From Syntrophales bacterium (GTDB lineage Bacteria; Desulfobacterota; Syntrophia; Syntrophales; UBA6807), in contig JAXGPA010000002.1 of NCBI GenBank assembly GCA_040767195.1, positions 96,001-160,000 on the forward strand: a DNA stretch of 64,000 nucleotides, read 5' to 3'. Under the pieces are notes generated by a model. It searched no databases, was not told the DNA's origin, and worked only from the letters and a program-made list of their open reading frames with translations. Each line of letters starts with the position of its first letter. Positions within the stretch are counted from its first letter, which is position 1. The position numbers and the translations under genes are program-made. Below, piece by piece: positions 1-8,662 of the stretch.

Positions 1-1
1 G

Positions 2-676
2 GTTTTCGTCCTTCTTCTGGCCTTCCCCGCCGCCGACCTCCCGGCGGCCGGGGACATCCTCCCCATTACGGATTTCCCGTCAGCGGAAACGCAAAACGGG
101 GCGCCTTTGGGCTGGAAACTTGAAAAATTTAACGGGAAGGCGGATCTCTGGCTCGCGCCGGGAAACCCCGGATACACCCTTCACATGAAGAGCGACCCCG
201 AGTCGTCCTTCGGCATCCGCAGGGCCATCACGGTGAACCCCGAAGAATACCCTTTCCTCAACTGGAAATGGATGGTTCATCAACTCCCCGACGGCGGGGA
301 CATACGGAACAGGAGCACCGACGACCAGGCGATCCAGGTCTACCTGATCTTCAGGGAAACGGGATGGCCCGTCAGTCTCAACACCCCGATCCTCGGATAC
401 ATCTGGGACAGCGAGCCCCCCCGGAACACGGTGGCCACGAGCCCCAGGCCTTTTGCCGGGAACATCCGGTACGTGGTTCTCCGGAACAAGGAAGACGGGC
501 TCAAAGAGTGGCACACGGAAAAAAGGAACATCCTCGAGGATTTCAAGAGTATCTTTCCCGATATCGACGGGGGCGCCCCCCGGGAAATCGTCGCCGTCGC
601 TTTTTTCATCAACTCCCACCACACGAAAAGCCAGGCGGAGAGCGCCGTAGCCGACGCCTTTTTCAGCCGGCACTGA
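2..676 (+). CDS. DUF3047-like exported protein, 5'-partial
   Basis: The frame is open from position 2 (VFVLLLAFPAADLPAA, a signal-peptide tail). Motifs YPFLNWKW..LP.GGD.R...DD, LGYIWDS and W..EKRNI.EDF resemble DUF3047. Confidence 0.7.
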   Translation, partial: VFVLLLAFPAADLPAAGDILPITDFPSAETQNGAPLGWKLEKFNGKADLWLAPGNPGYTLHMKSDPESSFGIRRAITVNPEEYPFLNWKWMVHQLPDGGDIRNRSTDDQAIQVYLIFRETGWPVSLNTPILGYIWDSEPPRNTVATSPRPFAGNIRYVVLRNKEDGLKEWHTEKRNILEDFKSIFPDIDGGAPREIVAVAFFINSHHTKSQAESAVADAFFSRH

Positions 677-1352
677 AACCCCGGCGGAGGCGGTTGACCA
701 GGATGTGGGCCTGCCGGACCGGCTCGGGAACCCGGAAGGACCGGCAGCAGGAAAGAACGATCTCAACGGACCGGTCAAGGCCCATGTCGTGACCGGGAGA
801 CACGAAGAGGGGTTTCACCCCCCGCCTTGTCCGGACCACCGCCCCCACGGTCCTCCCTTCGTGAACGAGGGGCGCCACGGACCCTTTTTCCTGCCCCGGT
901 TCCCCGTGCTCTCCCACGAGCCGGCTTTTGCCGCACCCGATGGACGGAAGCCCGAGGAGAAGCCCCAGGTGAGACGCCAGGCCGAGTCCCCGGGGATGGG
1001 CCGTTCCCTGACCGTCGAAGAGAACCACATCGGGAACGATGGACATTTTCTCAAAGGCGCCGAGGAGGGCCGGACCTTCCCGAAAGGTGAGAAGGCCGGG
1101 GATATAGGGGAAATGGACCGTCTCCGAGTGGGCCGCCCTCTCCAGCACTTCCAGGGACGGAAAAGCGAAAACGATGACGGCGGCATGAAAGAGGGGGCTT
1201 TTCCGCCCGTAGGAGATGTCGCAGCCGGCGACGGTCCCGATCTTCTCCGGGTGGGCGTCATCCCGCAAAACGAGGTCCCGGCGAAGTTCCTCCTGAATCC
1301 GGACGGCCCCCTTGTAATCCACGTCCCAGCGATGAACCCGGCTGACCCTCAT
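663..1352 (-). CDS. nfi: Endonuclease V (deoxyinosine 3' endonuclease)
   Basis: VAGCDISY, FPYIPGLLTFREGP, DGQGTAHPRGLGLASHLG, PLFVSPGH and R.PEP.RQAH motifs. Confidence 0.95.
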   Translation of the reverse strand: MRVSRVHRWDVDYKGAVRIQEELRRDLVLRDDAHPEKIGTVAGCDISYGRKSPLFHAAVIVFAFPSLEVLERAAHSETVHFPYIPGLLTFREGPALLGAFEKMSIVPDVVLFDGQGTAHPRGLGLASHLGLLLGLPSIGCGKSRLVGEHGEPGQEKGSVAPLVHEGRTVGAVVRTRRGVKPLFVSPGHDMGLDRSVEIVLSCCRSFRVPEPVRQAHILVNRLRRGFSAG

Positions 1353-1361
1353 GGCTGAAAC

Positions 1362-2315
1362 TCAGGAAGCCGCCGGGGCGGAGAGGGAGGCAAGATAGTC
1401 CCCGAGGATCGAACGGGCCTTTTCGATATCCCGGCCGATCTGTTCCTTCAACTTCGCCGGCGACTCGAATTTTTTCTCGTCCCGGAGCCGATCGATGAAG
1501 AAAAGCTCCACCTTTTTATCGTAAATGTCCCCCTTGAAGTCCAGGAGGTGGACCTCGATGGAGAGCTCGTTGTTCCCGAACGTGGGGTTGTAACCGATGT
1601 TGACGACCCCCTGGTGGTCCCGGCCCTCCACCCGGGCGAGGACCACGTACACCCCCGTTGCGGGGATGACCTTTTCCGTCTGGATGTTCGCCGTGGGGAC
1701 GCCGATGTCCGTTCCCCGGCGGTAGCCCTTCACGACGTTTCCATAGATGTTGTAAGGCCGCCCCAGGAGCCTGGCGGCGAGCCTCATCTGCCCGTCGAGA
1801 ATGGCCAGGCGGATTTTCGTGCTGCTCACGATAATCCCGTCGATCTCGACGGCTTCGATCTCTTCGACCTGGAACCCGAGCTGCCGGCCGCATTCCTTCA
1901 GGTAGGCGGCGTTTCCTTCCTTGTTTTTCCCGAAGGCGTAGTCGTACCCCACGTAGAGCTTCCGGAGCCGGAGCTTTTCCCAGAGAATCCGTTCCACGAA
2001 CTCGGCGGCCCGGGTCCGGGCGAACTCGAGGGTGAAGGGAATGAGAAAGAGCCCGTCGATGCCGGCATCCTCGAGAAGACGAACCTTCTCGTCCAGGGGC
2101 GTGAGAAGAAAAAAGGGCCGGTTTTCGGGACGAAGAACCTTCTGCGGGTGGGGATCAAAGGTGATGACAACGGACTTTACCCCCTGTTCCCGGGCCTCTC
2201 CCGTGATCTTCCTGAAAAGATCCCGGTGGCCGAGGTGAATGCCGTCGAAGTTCCCAATGGTCACCACGGACCCCTGGAAATCGGAAGGGACATACTCAAG
2301 ACTGAGAAGCCTCAT
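1362..2315 (-). CDS. ribF: Bifunctional riboflavin kinase/FAD synthetase
   Basis: IGNFDGIHLGH, TFDPHP, VSSTKIR, G.PTAN and G.NPTF...IEVHLLDF motifs. An AAGGAGGT RBS fits the ATG at 2315. Confidence 0.96.
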   Translation of the reverse strand: MRLLSLEYVPSDFQGSVVTIGNFDGIHLGHRDLFRKITGEAREQGVKSVVITFDPHPQKVLRPENRPFFLLTPLDEKVRLLEDAGIDGLFLIPFTLEFARTRAAEFVERILWEKLRLRKLYVGYDYAFGKNKEGNAAYLKECGRQLGFQVEEIEAVEIDGIIVSSTKIRLAILDGQMRLAARLLGRPYNIYGNVVKGYRRGTDIGVPTANIQTEKVIPATGVYVVLARVEGRDHQGVVNIGYNPTFGNNELSIEVHLLDFKGDIYDKKVELFFIDRLRDEKKFESPAKLKEQIGRDIEKARSILGDYLASLSAPAAS

Positions 2316-2385
2316 GGGGCGCAATACCTCCTTGAAAGGTATTGTAACATAACACTTATGGGCCCTTTTTCAAGTGGATTTTTCC

Positions 2386-2415
2386 TTGACAACGGCAGGC
2401 CGATAAGTGTAGATT
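2386..2415 (+). promoter_or_regulatory. Putative sigma70 promoter of tRNA-Leu
   Basis: TTGACA (2386-2391), 18-nt spacer, TAGATT (2410-2415). Confidence 0.55.
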
Positions 2416-2433
2416 CATGCGGTATTCCGAGCT

Positions 2434-2520
2434 GCCGAAGTGGCGGAATTGGTAGACGCGCTAGGTTCAGGGTCTAGTGGGCGTACGCCTGTCCGGGTTC
2501 AAATCCCGGCTTCGGCACCA
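2434..2520 (+). tRNA. tRNA-Leu (anticodon CAG)
   Basis: GCCGAAG/CTTCGGC acceptor stem, D-loop GGAATTGGTAGAC, anticodon arm CTAGG-TTCAGGG-TCTAG, long variable arm, GGTTCAAATCC T-arm, encoded CCA. Confidence 0.97.
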
Positions 2521-2531
2521 TGCCGTCAAGG

Positions 2532-2570
2532 GTGGCGCAATTCCTTTGAATTGCGCCACTTTTTTATTTT
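2532..2570 (+). terminator. Intrinsic terminator after tRNA-Leu
   Basis: 12-bp stem GTGGCGCAATTC/GAATTGCGCCAC followed by a T-run. Confidence 0.85.
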
Positions 2571-2616
2571 CTCGGCCTATATAAAACAAAGACGCGAAAC
2601 CGATTCTCCAAAAATT

Positions 2617-2646
2617 TTGACAAAAAAGAATATGAGAAGGTAAAGT
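2617..2646 (+). promoter_or_regulatory. Putative sigma70 promoter of the small selenoprotein gene
   Basis: TTGACA (2617-2622), 18-nt spacer, TAAAGT (2641-2646). A GGAGG RBS lies at 2666-2670. Confidence 0.55.
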
Positions 2647-2675
2647 ATGCCGGAAAACAGGAGTTGGAGGGTTTC

Positions 2676-2891
2676 ATGGATAAAAAAGTCATTATTTACG
2701 GGAAAGATGGCTGAGGCTACACATCCGACGCCCGGAGGGCGTACGGCGAAAAGGCGGATTACGTCGATGTCAAGAAGGACCCGGTAAAACTCGAAGAGAT
2801 GCTCAAGCTTTCCGGCGGATCCCGGAGAGTCCCGGTCATCGTGAAGGGAGACACGGTCGAAATCGGTTACGGCGGGACCTGAGGGGTCTGA
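2676..2891 (+). CDS. Small glutaredoxin-like selenoprotein with two Sec residues (UXX-star-type), 71 aa
   Basis: Manual translation: MDKKVIIYGKDG-U-GYTSDARRAYGEKADYVDVKKDPVKLEEMLKLSGGSRRVPVIVKGDTVEIGYGGT-U-GV*. It has the glutaredoxin pattern (IIYGK..UxxT, RRVPVI, IGYGG), a strong RBS, and a SECIS-like hairpin after each UGA. Confidence 0.88.
2725..2746 (+). promoter_or_regulatory. SECIS-like hairpin for UGA 2712-2714
   Basis: CCG-ACGCCC-[GGA]-GGGCGT-(A bulge)-CGG. It starts after a 10-nt spacer and has a G-first apical loop. Confidence 0.7.
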
Positions 2892-2892
2892 A

Positions 2893-2911
2893 AACGGACC
2901 GTGGGTCCGTT
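2893..2911 (+). promoter_or_regulatory. SECIS-like hairpin for UGA 2880-2882
   Basis: Perfect stem AACGGACC-[GTG]-GGTCCGTT. It also starts after a 10-nt spacer and has a G-first loop. Confidence 0.7.
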
Positions 2912-3028
2912 CGTACCGGATGGTTCGGTGTTCCAGGATGTCATCCCGTCCGACGGGAAGAGGGATCCGTGCTCTGCCAGGACCGGCCCCCCTTCAGGAT
3001 TGGTGAACTCGTAAAAAGTAACTAAAAC

Positions 3029-3175
3029 GACGACTTCGTAAAAGGTTCGAGATCAAGGCTTGCGAATCCCGGGGAATGAACAACCAAAGGGGACGGATTT
3101 CAAATCTGTCCCCTTTGGTTGTTCGTGACGAGGGATGACGCGTCATGACAAGATCGGCCTTTTTACGAAATTGTC
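3029..3175. repeat. MITE/REP-like palindromic element with a nested 23-bp inverted repeat
   Basis: Imperfect terminal IRs GACGACTTCGTAAAAGG...CCTTTTTACGAAATTGTC. Inner IR at 3078-3100/3102-3124 has one mismatch. An extra half-site lies at 3002-3019. Confidence 0.7.
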
Positions 3176-3206
3176 AGGACTGGTTTATCGTCAAAGGAGA
3201 TGCTCC

Positions 3207-4226
3207 ATGAAAATTCGATTCCCCTTCTTCAGAATCGCCGGGTTAGCCGCCTGGCTTGTTCTTCTCGCTTCCTGCGCCTCCGTCGTCGCGACCCAGAACG
3301 TTCCCGTGTCGACAAACCCCTCGGGCGCCCAGGTTCTGGCGGACGGAAAGGCGGCCTGCGTGACCCCCTGCGCCGTGGACCTCACCCGGAACCAGGACCA
3401 TCTTCTCACCTTCCAGAAAGAAGGTTTCCACCAGCAGGACGTGGCCGTCCGCCGGCAGCACCAGACGGAGATGTCCCTCCTGAAAGCCATCAACTCGGGC
3501 GTGAACAGCGCCTCTTTCTTCAACAATCCCGCCTGGGGGCTGAGCAGCGCCGTCCAGTCCCTCTCGGCCCAGCAGGCTACCGGCGAGGCGTATGTCCTCC
3601 TGCCCTCCACGGTGGCGGTCACCCTCGTTCCCGAGGGCGGGTTCCCTCAACAAGTCACCGAAAGGGAAGCCGAAGAAAGCCTGAAAAGTGAAAAATCCCC
3701 CCTCGATCTCATGGACGGGACGGATGAGCACATGCTCGAAACCGCTTTGGAGAGCTCGAAAACGGGGCACCCCACGGTGTGGACCAACGAGGGAAGCGGG
3801 TACGCCTTCGCCGTGGAACCGGAGGACGGGCAAAGCGTGAACGGCTTCGTGGTGAGGCCCTTCCGGCTCGGCGCCCGGAAGGGTGAGGAAAGCGTTGCCG
3901 GCCGCTTTTCCGCCTACCGGGCCGGTCGTGCCGAATGGGTCGTCGGGAACCCACCGGAAAGCGCCCCGTCATCGGCAACCACCGATACCCGGCCTGCCCC
4001 CGACCTGCCCGGTGCCGCCCGCGCCCTGGCGGAGTCCCCCTGGCCCTCGGTGAAGAAAGACTGGAAGGTTCAGGAATCGACCCACGGGTCGACAACGGTT
4101 AACCCCGACGGGTCGGTGACGACAAGGGAAAAAGAAAGTTCGACGAAGGTCGGCGTCAGCGTGAATCCCGGCGCGGCGGTCCTGGGCGTCCTGGACGCGC
4201 TGAAAGGCATGGAAAACAAGGAGTAA
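3207..4226 (+). CDS. PEGA-domain lipoprotein
   Basis: AAAGGAG RBS, LASC lipobox, PEGA-like VSTNPSGAQVLADG...TPC...QKEGF. The later ALESSKTG..TVWTN..SG segment resembles surface-antigen domains. Confidence 0.75.
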   Translation: MKIRFPFFRIAGLAAWLVLLASCASVVATQNVPVSTNPSGAQVLADGKAACVTPCAVDLTRNQDHLLTFQKEGFHQQDVAVRRQHQTEMSLLKAINSGVNSASFFNNPAWGLSSAVQSLSAQQATGEAYVLLPSTVAVTLVPEGGFPQQVTEREAEESLKSEKSPLDLMDGTDEHMLETALESSKTGHPTVWTNEGSGYAFAVEPEDGQSVNGFVVRPFRLGARKGEESVAGRFSAYRAGRAEWVVGNPPESAPSSATTDTRPAPDLPGAARALAESPWPSVKKDWKVQESTHGSTTVNPDGSVTTREKESSTKVGVSVNPGAAVLGVLDALKGMENKE

Positions 4227-4241
4227 TAAGGAATAAGCGTG

Positions 4242-4283
4242 AAGGGGCAGGCCGGGCGGAAGCCCGGCCTGCCCCTTTTTTGT
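4242..4283. terminator. Intrinsic, probably bidirectional terminator
   Basis: 16-bp stem AAGGGGCAGGCCGGGC-GGAA-GCCCGGCCTGCCCCTT plus a T-run, between convergent genes. Confidence 0.85.
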
Positions 4284-5534
4284 TTACATCATTTCCAGAA
4301 CCGCGGCCATGGAAACCCCGCCGCCGCCGCAGAGGGTGGCGAGCCCCAGGGTCTTCCCTCGCTTTTTCATGGCATGAAGGAGGGTCACCATGATCCGGCA
4401 TCCCGTGGCACCCACGGGGTGGCCGAGGCCGATCCCCGACCCGTTCACGTTGGTGATCTCCCGGGTGAGCCCCAGTTCCTTTTCCACGCCCAGGTACTGG
4501 GCGGCGAAGGCCTCGTTCACCTCGATAAGTTCGAAATCCCCGAGCTTGTACCGGCCCTGGGCCAGAAGGTTCCTCACCGCCGGCACGGGGCTCAGCCCCA
4601 TGACCGAGGGGTGGCAGCCCCCGCGGCTCACGGCATTGATCCGGGCGATGGGCTTGAGGCCCAGTTCCTTCGCCTTGTCCGCCGACATGATGATCATGGC
4701 GCTCGCCCCGTCGTTGATGCCCGAGGCGTTCCCGGCAGTCACCTTCCCGATTTTGGGCAGGAAGGCCGGCGGGAGTTTGGACAGTTCATCCATGGTCAGT
4801 TTCGGGCGGTAGTGCTCGTCCTTGTCGAAGACAAGAGGGGGTTTCCCCTTCTTCTGGGGAAGCTCGATGGGGACGATCTCCTCCCTGAAATCCCCCTCCA
4901 GGGTCGCCCGTTCCACGTTGTTGTGGCTCCGAAGGGCCACCTCGTCCATCTCCTCCCGGCTGATGTTGTACATCTGGCCGACCAGTTCCGCCGTGATTCC
5001 CATGATGTACGGTTTTCCCCGGTAGATGTCGATGATCGGGCCGTCCTTCACCGGCCCGTTCTCGGGCCCCCGGATGACGTAAGAACCAGCATGAAGGGCG
5101 TGGATGAGTTCATCGGCGAAAACGGCATCCTGAAGGCGGCAGCCCCACCGGGCCTTGGGAACGAAATAGGCGGCCCCGGACATGTGCTCCATTCCGCCGG
5201 CCAGGATGATGTCCGCCATGCCCGCCTGGATCATGGCCATCCCGGAAATAACGGCTTCCATTGCGGAAATGCAGACCCGGTTGATGGTCACCGCCGTCAC
5301 CGTGTCAGGGATTCCCGCCAGGAGGGCGGCGATCCGGGTGACATTCAGGGTGTCCCGGGGTTCGATGCAGTTTCCGAAACGAATGTCATCGATCATGGCC
5401 GGCTCGATTCCCGCCCGCTTGATCGCTTCCTTCATGGCGACACTGCCCACGGTGGCACAGTCCAGGTTCTTCAACGCACCGCCGAAAACGCCAATGGCCG
5501 TCCGGCAGGCCGATACAATGACAACATCTCTCAT
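4284..5534 (-). CDS. Acetyl-CoA C-acyltransferase (thiolase)
   Basis: INRVCISA, TAGNASGINDGA, EVNEAFA, GHPVGATG and LCGGGG motifs. Confidence 0.95.
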   Translation of the reverse strand: MRDVVIVSACRTAIGVFGGALKNLDCATVGSVAMKEAIKRAGIEPAMIDDIRFGNCIEPRDTLNVTRIAALLAGIPDTVTAVTINRVCISAMEAVISGMAMIQAGMADIILAGGMEHMSGAAYFVPKARWGCRLQDAVFADELIHALHAGSYVIRGPENGPVKDGPIIDIYRGKPYIMGITAELVGQMYNISREEMDEVALRSHNNVERATLEGDFREEIVPIELPQKKGKPPLVFDKDEHYRPKLTMDELSKLPPAFLPKIGKVTAGNASGINDGASAMIIMSADKAKELGLKPIARINAVSRGGCHPSVMGLSPVPAVRNLLAQGRYKLGDFELIEVNEAFAAQYLGVEKELGLTREITNVNGSGIGLGHPVGATGCRIMVTLLHAMKKRGKTLGLATLCGGGGVSMAAVLEMM

Positions 5535-5665
5535 AACCGTTTATTCCTCCTTTTTCTTTCAATCACTCAGGCTGCGGGATGCCCGCCCGCCGGTCCGCGC
5601 TCCAGGAGAGGGGCCGACCGGAGAGGAGTCCACGAAACGAAAAGCGGCATCCCGCCGCGTCAGGC

Positions 5666-7306
5666 TCATTTCAGGGACTGGCGGAGTTCCCGTTTCAGGA
5701 TCTTCCCCGTGGGCGTCTTGGGAAGGGCGTCCATGAAGACGACCTTCTTGGGACACTTGAAGGCCGCCAGCTCTTTACGGCAGTGGGCGACGACTTCCTC
5801 CTCCGTCATGGTCTGGCCCGCCTTGAGAACGATGACCGCCGTCACCTTCTCCACCCACTTGGGATCGGGCAGGCCGACGACGGCCACTTCCTGGACCCGC
5901 TTGTCCAGGTAGATGGCATCCTCAACCTCCCGGGTGGGGACGTTTTCCCCGCCCGTCTTGATCATGTCCTTCTTCCGGTCCACCACGGTGATGTACCGGT
6001 CTTCATCCATGACCCCCACGTCCCCGGAGTGGAACCAGCCGCCCTTCATGGCCTCTTCCGTCTTCTCGGGGTCCTTGAAGTACATGATGAGGGCATGGGG
6101 ACCCTTTCCGCAGATTTCCCCCGGGGTGCCGGGGTCGAAAATGGGCTTGTACCCGTCGTCTTCCAGGCGGGTTTCCATGTTGAGGCCGCCCAGGCCGGCG
6201 GACCCGATCTTGGTGAGAGCGTCCTTCGCCTTGAGAATCGTGTGGTACGGCGCCAGTTCCGTCTGGCCGTAGTAGTTGTAGACCCGCGTCCCGGGGAATC
6301 TCTCCATGAGTTCCTTGAGAATCTCCATGGGCATGATGGAAGCACCGTAGTAGCATTTCTTCAGGCTGGACAGATCGTTCTTGGCGAACTCGGGGTGACG
6401 GAGCATGCCGATCCAGACCGTGGGGGGCGCGAAGAACATGGTGGCCTTGTACTGGGCGATGCTTTTCAGGATCTGCCCGATGTCCGGCATGATGAGGACG
6501 TTCGTCCCGCCGACCCAGAAGACGGGGTTCATGAAGACGTCCCGCTGGGCGCAGTGATAGATGGGCAGGGCATTGACGTTGATGTCGTCCTCGTCGTACT
6601 GGCCGTCCACGATGGTTCCCATGTACTGGGCCATGAGGGCCTGGTTGCTGATGATGACGCCCTTGGGGAGGGCTTCCGTCCCGCTCGTGTAGGTCATCTG
6701 GCAGGGGTCCTCGATGTGGAGGATCGTGTCCGGCTCCGTGGCGGGGTACTTCTTGTACCAGGGTTCGAAATCCACGAAGGTCTCGTTCACCGGCGGCTTT
6801 TCAGCCCCCTGGCGAGACCACATCCACGTCTTCACCGTGGGCATGTCGTCAAGGACATCCTTGACGAGATCGAAGAGGGCGTCCTCCACGATGAAGACCT
6901 TGCTCTCCGAGTGGTTGATGCAGTAAGAGATGTCCTTCCCCCGGAGGAGATAGTTGATGGCGAGATAGATGGCGCCGATCTTGGCGCAGCCTATCCAGGT
7001 GACCACGTGGTCGATGGTGTTGTGGGCCAGGATGGCCACCCGGTCGTACTTCTTGACCCCCAGGTCGAGGAGGCCGTTGGCCACGCGGTTGCACTCCTCT
7101 TCGAGCTGGGCGTAGGTCAGGGTCCGGTCCTTGAAAATCAGGGCCGGCTTGTCCGGGTAATGGTAGGCGCTCCGCCGGATCATGTCGCCGATAACCCAGC
7201 GGTTCACCTTGTTGTACCGGTTCATCAAGAATTCGAGATTTTCCTTGTTGATGTTCTGGTAACGCTTCTTCTCTTCTTCCGTCAATGGCTTCCAGGCGGT
7301 TGACAT
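5666..7306 (-). CDS. AMP-forming acyl-CoA synthetase
   Basis: YTSGTEALPKG, YYGQTE, GWFHSGD, DRKKDMIKTGGENV and LPKTPTGK motifs. Confidence 0.93.
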   Translation of the reverse strand: MSTAWKPLTEEEKKRYQNINKENLEFLMNRYNKVNRWVIGDMIRRSAYHYPDKPALIFKDRTLTYAQLEEECNRVANGLLDLGVKKYDRVAILAHNTIDHVVTWIGCAKIGAIYLAINYLLRGKDISYCINHSESKVFIVEDALFDLVKDVLDDMPTVKTWMWSRQGAEKPPVNETFVDFEPWYKKYPATEPDTILHIEDPCQMTYTSGTEALPKGVIISNQALMAQYMGTIVDGQYDEDDINVNALPIYHCAQRDVFMNPVFWVGGTNVLIMPDIGQILKSIAQYKATMFFAPPTVWIGMLRHPEFAKNDLSSLKKCYYGASIMPMEILKELMERFPGTRVYNYYGQTELAPYHTILKAKDALTKIGSAGLGGLNMETRLEDDGYKPIFDPGTPGEICGKGPHALIMYFKDPEKTEEAMKGGWFHSGDVGVMDEDRYITVVDRKKDMIKTGGENVPTREVEDAIYLDKRVQEVAVVGLPDPKWVEKVTAVIVLKAGQTMTEEEVVAHCRKELAAFKCPKKVVFMDALPKTPTGKILKRELRQSLK

Positions 7307-7356
7307 GCGCGGTTCCCTCCTTTTTGGACGCGTCATTCAAAAGTCGTCTCCCCCGT

Positions 7357-7407
7357 GGGGTTTTCGGCGGGAACGTCCCTCGGGGACCTGTTCCCGCCGG
7401 AAGCCCC
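7357..7407. repeat. Intergenic stem-loop within the acyl-CoA operon
   Basis: GGGGTTTTCGGCGGGAAC ... GTTCCCGCCGGAAGCCCC inverted repeat. Confidence 0.55.
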
Positions 7408-7447
7408 GGGCCAGAGGAGGCCCGAAAAAAAGCCTTCACATATCCGG

Positions 7448-8590
7448 CTACTTCGACTGGAGAACCCTCCCGATGGTGAGGATCTCCGCCTCTTTCGTCC
7501 CCTCGTAAAGTTCCAGGATCTTGGCGTCCCGGTACCACTTCTGGACGTCGTACTCGTCGATGTACCCGTATCCTCCGTGGAGTTCCACGGCGTTGTTGGC
7601 ACAGAAGACCGCCGTCTGGCCGCTGTAGAATTTCGCCATGGCGGCCAGGTGGTAGTCCGGGCGGCCCGCGTCGATGAGCCACGCCGACTTGTACACGAGA
7701 CCCCGGAGTGCCTCGATCATGATGGCCATCTCGCTGAGCTTCTTCGCCGAAAGCTGGAAGGTCCCCAGCGGCGCGCCGAAGGCCGTCCGCTCCTTGCAGT
7801 ACTTGATCGACGTCTCCAGGCACGCCTCGGACAGGCCCAGCCCCTGGGCGGCCACCATGACCCGGGTCGTGTCGAAAAAGTGCATGAGTTGGATGAAACC
7901 CCGGCCCTCTTTCCCCACCAGGTTCGACTGGGGCACCCGGACGTCCTCGAAGGCGATCTCCGCCGTGTCGCTCGACCGGATCCCCATCTTCCCCCGGATC
8001 TTGTTCCGGGTGATCCCCGGCGTGTCCGCCGGCACGATGATCAGACTGAAACTGCTGTGCTTCTTCTGGTCCGGGTTCGTGATGCACTGGGCCACCATGA
8101 AGTCGCACACCGTCCCGTTGGTGATGAACATCTTGTTGCCCGTGATGACGTAATCGTCCCCGTCTTTCACCGCCTTCGTCCGGTAACCCGCCACGTCCGT
8201 TCCCGCGTTGGGCTCCGTGAAGGCCCCGGCGCTCACCCACTCGCCGCGGCATACCGGCGGCAGGTACTTTTTCTTCTGATCTTCCGACCCGTACTGGAAA
8301 ATGGACTCGCAGCCGAAACAAGCCGCCACGACGTTGAGGCCGATCCCCATATCCACTTTGGACAGTTCCTCGGTGATAATGGCGTTCCCCAGGATCCCGA
8401 CGCCGGCCCCGCCGTACTCCTCGGGAATCCAGGCCCCCACAAGACCGTTTTCCGCCGCCTTCTTCCGGATCTCCGGCGTGTACTTCTCGTGCTCGTCGCA
8501 TTCCTTCGACAGGGGCGGAAATTCCGTCGAGGCGAACTTGTACGACATGTCCTTCAGCATCCTCATTTCTTCCGTCAGCTCATAATCCAT
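7448..8590 (-). CDS. Acyl-CoA dehydrogenase
   Basis: FTEPNAGTD, GNKMFITNG, KMGIRSSDT, R.AFG.P and HGGYGY..EY...YRDAKILELYEGT motifs. Confidence 0.95.
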   Translation of the reverse strand: MDYELTEEMRMLKDMSYKFASTEFPPLSKECDEHEKYTPEIRKKAAENGLVGAWIPEEYGGAGVGILGNAIITEELSKVDMGIGLNVVAACFGCESIFQYGSEDQKKKYLPPVCRGEWVSAGAFTEPNAGTDVAGYRTKAVKDGDDYVITGNKMFITNGTVCDFMVAQCITNPDQKKHSSFSLIIVPADTPGITRNKIRGKMGIRSSDTAEIAFEDVRVPQSNLVGKEGRGFIQLMHFFDTTRVMVAAQGLGLSEACLETSIKYCKERTAFGAPLGTFQLSAKKLSEMAIMIEALRGLVYKSAWLIDAGRPDYHLAAMAKFYSGQTAVFCANNAVELHGGYGYIDEYDVQKWYRDAKILELYEGTKEAEILTIGRVLQSK

Positions 8591-8662
8591 GATTTTCCTC
8601 CTTTTCGGTTAAAGCACCGGACGTCCGCCGGCGCGTCGACAGGAAAAGCCGTCTTGTCCTGA

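Noticed and set aside
2440..2643. 67-aa ORF listed in the track
   Set aside because: It overlaps the tRNA and its terminator, so it is spurious.
2889..3014. Readthrough of the third TGA of the selenoprotein gene
   Set aside because: There is no convincing hairpin at the 10-nt spacing, the extension looks non-coding, and it runs into the repeat element.
2434..4226. Genomic island integrated at tRNA-Leu
   Set aside because: I saw no integrase and no duplicated tRNA 3' end in the window, and the tRNA is followed by its own terminator.
4239..8662. Long antisense or alternate-frame ORFs (for example 4239-5912, 5579-7303 and 6849-8501; likewise 55247-57094 and 57294-59012)
   Set aside because: These are shadow ORFs of well-supported genes, expected from GC-rich codon bias, and they have no recognisable motifs.
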